From Eledone cirrhosa (Eukaryota): DNA of 64,000 nt. Made by a program: the position numbers and the translations under genes. The stretch spans positions 127,720,001 to 127,784,000 of the forward strand of contig OZ024744.1 in the NCBI GenBank assembly GCA_964016885.1, given 5' to 3'. Below are positions 59,030-64,000 of this stretch, piece by piece (the stretch's first letter is position 1; each line of letters opens with the position of its first letter). The notes beneath the pieces were generated by a model that saw only the letters and a program-made list of their open reading frames with translations, had not been told where the DNA came from and ran no database searches.

Positions 59030-62000
59030 AAGTTAAGTTGGGGTTGAGTTAATTTGGGGTTAAGTTAAGTTGGGGTTAACTTAAGTTGGGGTTAAGTTGG
59101 GGTTAAGTTAAGTTGAGGTTAAGTTAAGTTGGGGGTAGGTTGAATTGGGGGCAAGTTAAGTTGGGGTTAAGTTAAGTTGGGGTTAAGTTAAGTTGGGGGT
59201 AAGTTAAGTTGGGGTTAAGTTAAGTTGGGGCTAAGTTAAGTTGGGGCTGAGTTAAGTTGGGGTTAAGTTAAGTTGGGGTTGAGTTAAGTTGGGGTTATGT
59301 TAAGTTAGGGTTGAGTTAAGTTGGGGTTGAGTTAAGTTGGGGTTGAGTTACGTTGGCGTTAAGTTAAGTTGGGGTTAAGTTAAGTTGGGGTTAAGTTAAT
59401 TTGCGGTTAAGTTAGGTTGTGGGTTAAGTTAAGTTGGGGTTAAGTTAAGCTGGGGTTAAGCTGGGGTAAGTTAAGTTGGGGGTAAGTTAAGTTGGAGTTA
59501 AGTTAAGTTGGGGTTAAGTTAAGTTGGGGTTAAGTTAAGTTGGGGTTAAGTTAAGTTGGGGTTGAGTTAAGTTGGGGTTGAGTTAAGTTGGGGTTAAGTT
59601 AAGTTGGGGTTAAGTTAAGTTGGGATTAAGTTAAGTTGGGGTTAAGTTAAGTTGGGGGTAAGTTAAGTTGGGGGCAAGTTAAGTTGGGGTTAAGTTAAGT
59701 TGGGGTTAAGTTAAGTTGGGGTTAAGTTAAGTTAGGGTTAAGGTAAGTTAGGGTTAATTTCAGTTGGGGTTATGTTAAGTTGGGGTTAAGTTAAGTTGGG
59801 GTTAAGTTAAAGTTGGGGTTAAGTTAAGTTGGGGTAAAGTTAAGTTAGGGTTAAGTTAAGTTGGGGTTAAGTTAAGTTGGGGTTAAATTAAGTTGGGGTT
59901 AAGTTAAGTTGGGGTTAAGTTAAGTTGGGGTTAAATTAAGTTGGGGTTCAGTTAAGTTGGGGTTAAATTAAGTTGGGGTTAAGTTAAGTTGGGGTTGAGT
60001 TAAATTGGGGTTAAGTTAAGGTGGGGGTAAGTTAAGTTGGGGTTGAGTTAATTTGGGGTTAAGTTAAGTTGGGGTTAATTTGGGGTTGAGTTAATTTGTG
60101 TTTAAGTTAAGTTGGGCTTAACTTAAGTTGGGGTTAAGTTAAGTTGGGGTTAAGTTAAGTTGGAGTTAAGGTAAGTTGGGGTTAAGTTAAGTTGGAGCTT
60201 AGTTAAGTTGGGGCTAAGTTAAGTTGGGGCTGAGTTAAGTTGGGGTTAAGTTGGGGTTGAGTTAAGTTGGGGTTAAGTTAAGTTGGGATTAAGTTAAGTT
60301 GGGGTTAAGTTAAGTTGGGGTTAAGATAAGTTGGGGTTAAGTTAAGTTGGGGTTAAGTTAAGTTGGGGCTGAGTTAAGTTGGGGTTAAGTTAAGTTGGGG
60401 TTGAGTTAAGTTGGGGTTAAGTTAAGTTGGGATTAAGTTAAGTTGGGGTTAAGTTAAGTTCGGCTTGAGCTAAGTTGGGGTTAAGTTAAGTTGGGGTTAA
60501 TTTAAGTTGGGGTTAAGTTAAGTTGGGGTTAAGATAAGTTGGGGTTAAGTTAAGTTGGGGTTAAGTTAAGATGGGGTTGAGTTAATTTGGGGTTAAGTTA
60601 AGTTGGGGTTAACTTAAGTTGGGGTTAAGTTGGGGTTAAGTTAAGTTGGGGTTAAGTTAAGTTGGGGGTAGGTTGAGTTGGGGGCAAGTTAAGTTGGGGT
60701 TAAGTTAAGTTGGGGTTAAGTTAAGTTGGGTTTAAATTAAGTTGGGGCTAAGTTAAGTTGGGGCTAAGTTAAGTTGGGGCTGAGTTAAGTTGGGGTTAAG
60801 TTAAGTTGGGGTTGATTTAAGTTGGGGTTATGTTAAGTTAGGGTTGAGTTAAGTTGGGGTTGAGTTAAGTTGGGGTTGAGTTAAGTTGGGGTTAAGTTAA
60901 GTTGGCGTTAAGTTAAGTTGGGGTTAAGTTAAGTTGGGGTTAAGTTAATTTGCGGTTAAGTTAGGTTGTGGGTTAAGTTAAGTTGGGGTTAAGTTAAGCT
61001 GGGGTCAAGTTGGGGTAAGTTAAGTTGGGGGTAAGTTAAGTTGGGGTTAAGTTAAGTTGGGGTTAAGTTAAGTTGGGGTTAAGTTAAGTTGGGGGTAAGT
61101 TAAGTTGGGGTTAAGTTAATTTGCGGTTAAGTTAGGTTGTGGGTTAAGTTAAGTTGGGGTTAAGTTAAGCTGGGGTTAAGTTGGGGTAAGTTAAGTTGGG
61201 GTTGAGTTAATTTGGGGTTAAGTTAAGTTGGGGTTAACTTAAGTTGGGGTTAAGTTGGGGTTAAGTTAAGTTGAGGTTAAGTTAAGTTGGGGGTAGGTTG
61301 AATTGGGGGCAAGTTAAGTTGGGGTTAAGTTAAGTTGGGGTTAAGTTAAGTTGGGGGTAAGTTAAGTTGGAGTTAAGTTAAGTTGGGGCTAAGTTAAGTT
61401 GGGGCTGAGTTAAGTTGGGGTTAAGTTAAGTTGGGGTTGAGTTAAGTTGGGGTTATGTTAAGTTAGGGTTGAGTTAAGTTGGGGTTGAGTTAAGTTGGGG
61501 TTGAGTTACGTTGGCGTTAAGTTAAGTTGGGGTTAAGTTAAGTTGGGGTTAAGTTAATTTGCGGTTAAGTTAGGTTGTGGGTTAAGTTAAGTTGGGGTTA
61601 AGTTAAGCTGGGGTTAAGCTGGGGTAAGTTAAGTTGGGGGTAAGTTAAGTTGGAGTTAAGTTAAGTTGGGGTTAAGTTAAGTTGGGGTTAAGTTAAGTTG
61701 GGGTTAAGTTAAGTTGGGGTTGAGTTAAGTTGGGGTTGAGTTAAGTTGGGGTTAAGTTAAGTTGGGGTTAAGTTAAGTTGGGATTAAGTTAAGTTGGGGT
61801 TAAGTTAAGTTGGGGGTAAGTTAAGTTGGGGGCAAGTTAAGTTGGGGTTAAGTTAAGTTGGGGTTAAGTTAAGTTGGGGTTAAGTTAAGTTAGGGTTAAG
61901 GTAAGTTAGGGTTAATTTCAGTTGGGGTTATGTTAAGTTGGGGTTAAGTTAAGTTGGGGTTAAGTTAAAGTTGGGGTTAAGTTAAGTTGGGGTAAAGTTA

Positions 62001-63360
62001 AGTTAGGGTTAAGTTAAGTTGGGGTTAAGTTAAGTTGGGGTTAAATTAAGTTGGGGTTAAGTTAAGTTGGGGTTAAGTTAAGTTGGGGTTAAATTAAGTT
62101 GGGGTTCAGTTAAGTTGGGGTTAAATTAAGTTGGGGTTAAGTTAAGTTGGGGTTGAGTTAAATTGGGGTTAAGTTAAGGTGGGGGTAAGTTAAGTTGGGG
62201 TTGAGTTAATTTGGGGTTAAGTTAAGTTGGGGTTAATTTGGGGTTGAGTTAATTTGTGTTTAAGTTAAGTTGGGCTTAACTTAAGTTGGGGTTAAGTTAA
62301 GTTGGGGTTAAGTTAAGTTGGAGTTAAGGTAAGTTGGGGTTAAGTTAAGTTGGAGCTTAGTTAAGTTGGGGCTAAGTTAAGTTGGGGCTGAGTTAAGTTG
62401 GGGTTAAGTTGGGGTTGAGTTAAGTTGGGGTTAAGTTAAGTTGGGATTAAGTTAAGTTGGGGTTAAGTTAAGTTGGGGTTAAGATAAGTTGGGGTTAAGT
62501 TAAGTTGGGGTTAAGTTAAGTTGGGGCTGAGTTAAGTTGGGGTTAAGTTAAGTTGGGGTTGAGTTAAGTTGGGGTTAAGTTAAGTTGGGATTAAGTTAAG
62601 TTGGGGTTAAGTTAAGTTCGGCTTGAGCTAAGTTGGGGTTAAGTTAAGTTGGGGTTAATTTAAGTTGGGGTTAAGTTAAGTTGGGGTTAAGATAAGTTGG
62701 GGTTAAGTTAAGTTGGGGTTAAGTTAAGATGGGGTTGAGTTAATTTGGGGTTAAGTTAAGTTGGGGTTAACTTAAGTTGGGGTTAAGTTGGGGTTAAGTT
62801 AAGTTGGGGTTAAGTTAAGTTGGGGGTAGGTTGAGTTGGGGGCAAGTTAAGTTGGGGTTAAGTTAAGTTGGGGTTAAGTTAAGTTGGGTTTAAATTAAGT
62901 TGGGGCTAAGTTAAGTTGGGGCTAAGTTAAGTTGGGGCTGAGTTAAGTTGGGGTTAAGTTAAGTTGGGGTTGATTTAAGTTGGGGTTATGTTAAGTTAGG
63001 GTTGAGTTAAGTTGGGGTTGAGTTAAGTTGGGGTTGAGTTAAGTTGGGGTTAAGTTAAGTTGGCGTTAAGTTAAGTTGGGGTTAAGTTAAGTTGGGGTTA
63101 AGTTAATTTGCGGTTAAGTTAGGTTGTGGGTTAAGTTAAGTTGGGGTTAAGTTAAGCTGGGGTCAAGTTGGGGTAAGTTAAGTTGGGGGTAAGTTAAGTT
63201 GGGGTTAAGTTAAGTTGGGGTTAAGTTAAGTTGGGGTTAAGTTAAGTTGGGGGTAAGTTAAGTTGGGGTTAAGTTAATTTGCGGTTAAGTTAGGTTGTGG
63301 GTTAAGTTAAGTTGGGGTTAAGTTAAGCTGGGGTTAAGTTGGGGTAAGTTAAGTTGGGGT
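59030..63360 (+). repeat. Near-perfect tandem duplication, period 2158 bp
   Basis: 59043/61201, ttacg 59348/61506, ttgtgttt 60096/62254, ttgatttaag 60812/62970 and 61143/63301 all at offset 2158; one difference noticed (G vs A at 61371). Confidence 0.92.
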
Positions 63361-64000
63361 TAAGTTAAGTTGGGGTTAAGTTAAGTTGGGGTTAAGTTAA
63401 GTTGGGGGTAAGTTAAGTTGGGGGCAAGTTAAGTTGGGGTTAAGTTAAGTTGGGGTTAAGTTAAGTTGGGGTTAAGTTAAGTTGGGGTTAAGTTAAGTTG
63501 GGGTTAAGTTAAAGTTGGGGTTCAGTTAAGTTGGGGTTCAGTTAAGTTGGGGTTAAATTAAGTTGGGGTTAAGTTAAGTTGGGGTTAGTTAAGTTGGGGT
63601 TAAGTTAAGCTGGGGTTAAGTTGGGGTAAGTTAAGTTGGGGGTAAGTTAAGTTGGGGTTAAGTTAAGTTGGGGTTAACTTAAGTTGGGGTTGAGTTAAGT
63701 TGGGGTTAAGTTAAGTTAGGGTTAATTTCAGTTGGGGTTATGTTAAGTTGGGGTTAAGTTAAGTTGGGGTTAAGTTAAAGTTGGGGTTAAGTTAAGTTGG
63801 GGTAAAGTTAAGTTAGGGTTAAGTTAAGTTGGGGTTAAGTTAAGTTGGGGTTAAATTAAGTTGGGGTTAAGTTAAGTTGGGGTTAAGTTAAGTTGGGGTT
63901 AAATTAAGTTGGGGTTCAGTTAAGTTGGGGTTAAATTAAGTTGGGGTTAAGTTAAGTTGGGGTTAGTTAAGTTGGGGTTAAGTTAAGTTGGGGTTAAGTT

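Larger units (their letters stand above)
1..64000 (+). repeat. 16-bp tandem satellite / telomere-like array, consensus (TTAAGTTAAGTTGGGG)n, about 4,000 monomers, G-rich strand on +
   Basis: Every line consists of the monomer or a 1-3 change variant (e.g. CTAAG, TTGAG, TTATG, TTAAA, TTAAC, GTAAG, TTCGGG, TTGAGG, TTAGGG, TTGCGG) plus 11-, 15-, 17- and 21-bp length variants. No inversion and no non-repeat sequence seen. Confidence 0.99.
1..64000 (+). other. Potential G-quadruplex-forming sequence on + (GGGG tracts with 12-nt loops; 7-nt loops in 11-mers) and C-tract/i-motif potential on -
   Basis: Pattern G4-N12 repeated throughout. Motif-level only; 12-nt loops exceed the canonical 1-7 nt rule, so folding is unproven. 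Confidence 0.5.

Noticed and set aside
1-64000. Protein-coding ORF or repeat-encoded peptide
   Set aside because: TAA occurs twice per monomer on both strands (TTAA is palindromic) and the 16-bp period rotates frames, so all six frames close within tens of bases; ATG in TTATG variants is followed by a stop within a few codons.
1-64000. CRISPR array or other repeat-spacer system
   Set aside because: Monomers are directly adjacent with no unique spacers and no associated genes.
1-64000. Pure sequencing/basecalling artefact or synthetic low-complexity sequence
   Set aside because: Variants recur in ordered blocks at multi-kb offsets with nested lineage structure, which random error would not produce; only exact copy numbers remain in doubt.
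1-64000. Variant order as an information-bearing code
   Set aside because: The order is adequately explained by point mutation plus block duplication and deletion; nothing in the sequence indicates a readout mechanism.
1-64000. Assignment to a specific organism or to centromere versus telomere
   Set aside because: No unique flanking sequence or array end is in the window; motif resemblance alone is insufficient.

Overview
The whole 64-kb window is one uninterrupted tandem array of a 16-bp G-rich monomer, consensus TTAAGTTAAGTTGGGG (about 4,000 copies; consensus T6 A4 G6 C0), in one orientation and running off both window edges. I see no genes, RNA genes, transposon insertions, CRISPR spacers or unique sequence; TAA stops occur twice per monomer on both strands. 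The monomer is built as TTAAG+TTAAG+TTGGGG and resembles telomeric repeats, but single-base and small-indel variants recur in fixed order, revealing nested higher-order repeats: local 81/144/208-bp duplications, tandem units of about 1.35, 2.16, 2.6, 4.9 and 4.75-5.5 kb, and a ~15-kb super-unit present once compact (~40.9-56.1 kb) and once internally expanded (~9.1-40.9 kb). Best reading (inference): a eukaryotic satellite or telomere-like/subtelomeric array maintained by recombination or duplication rather than fresh telomerase synthesis. Organism and chromosomal position cannot be determined from this window. Offsets were counted by eye from marker variants, and block boundaries are approximate. 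No novel gene system is supported.
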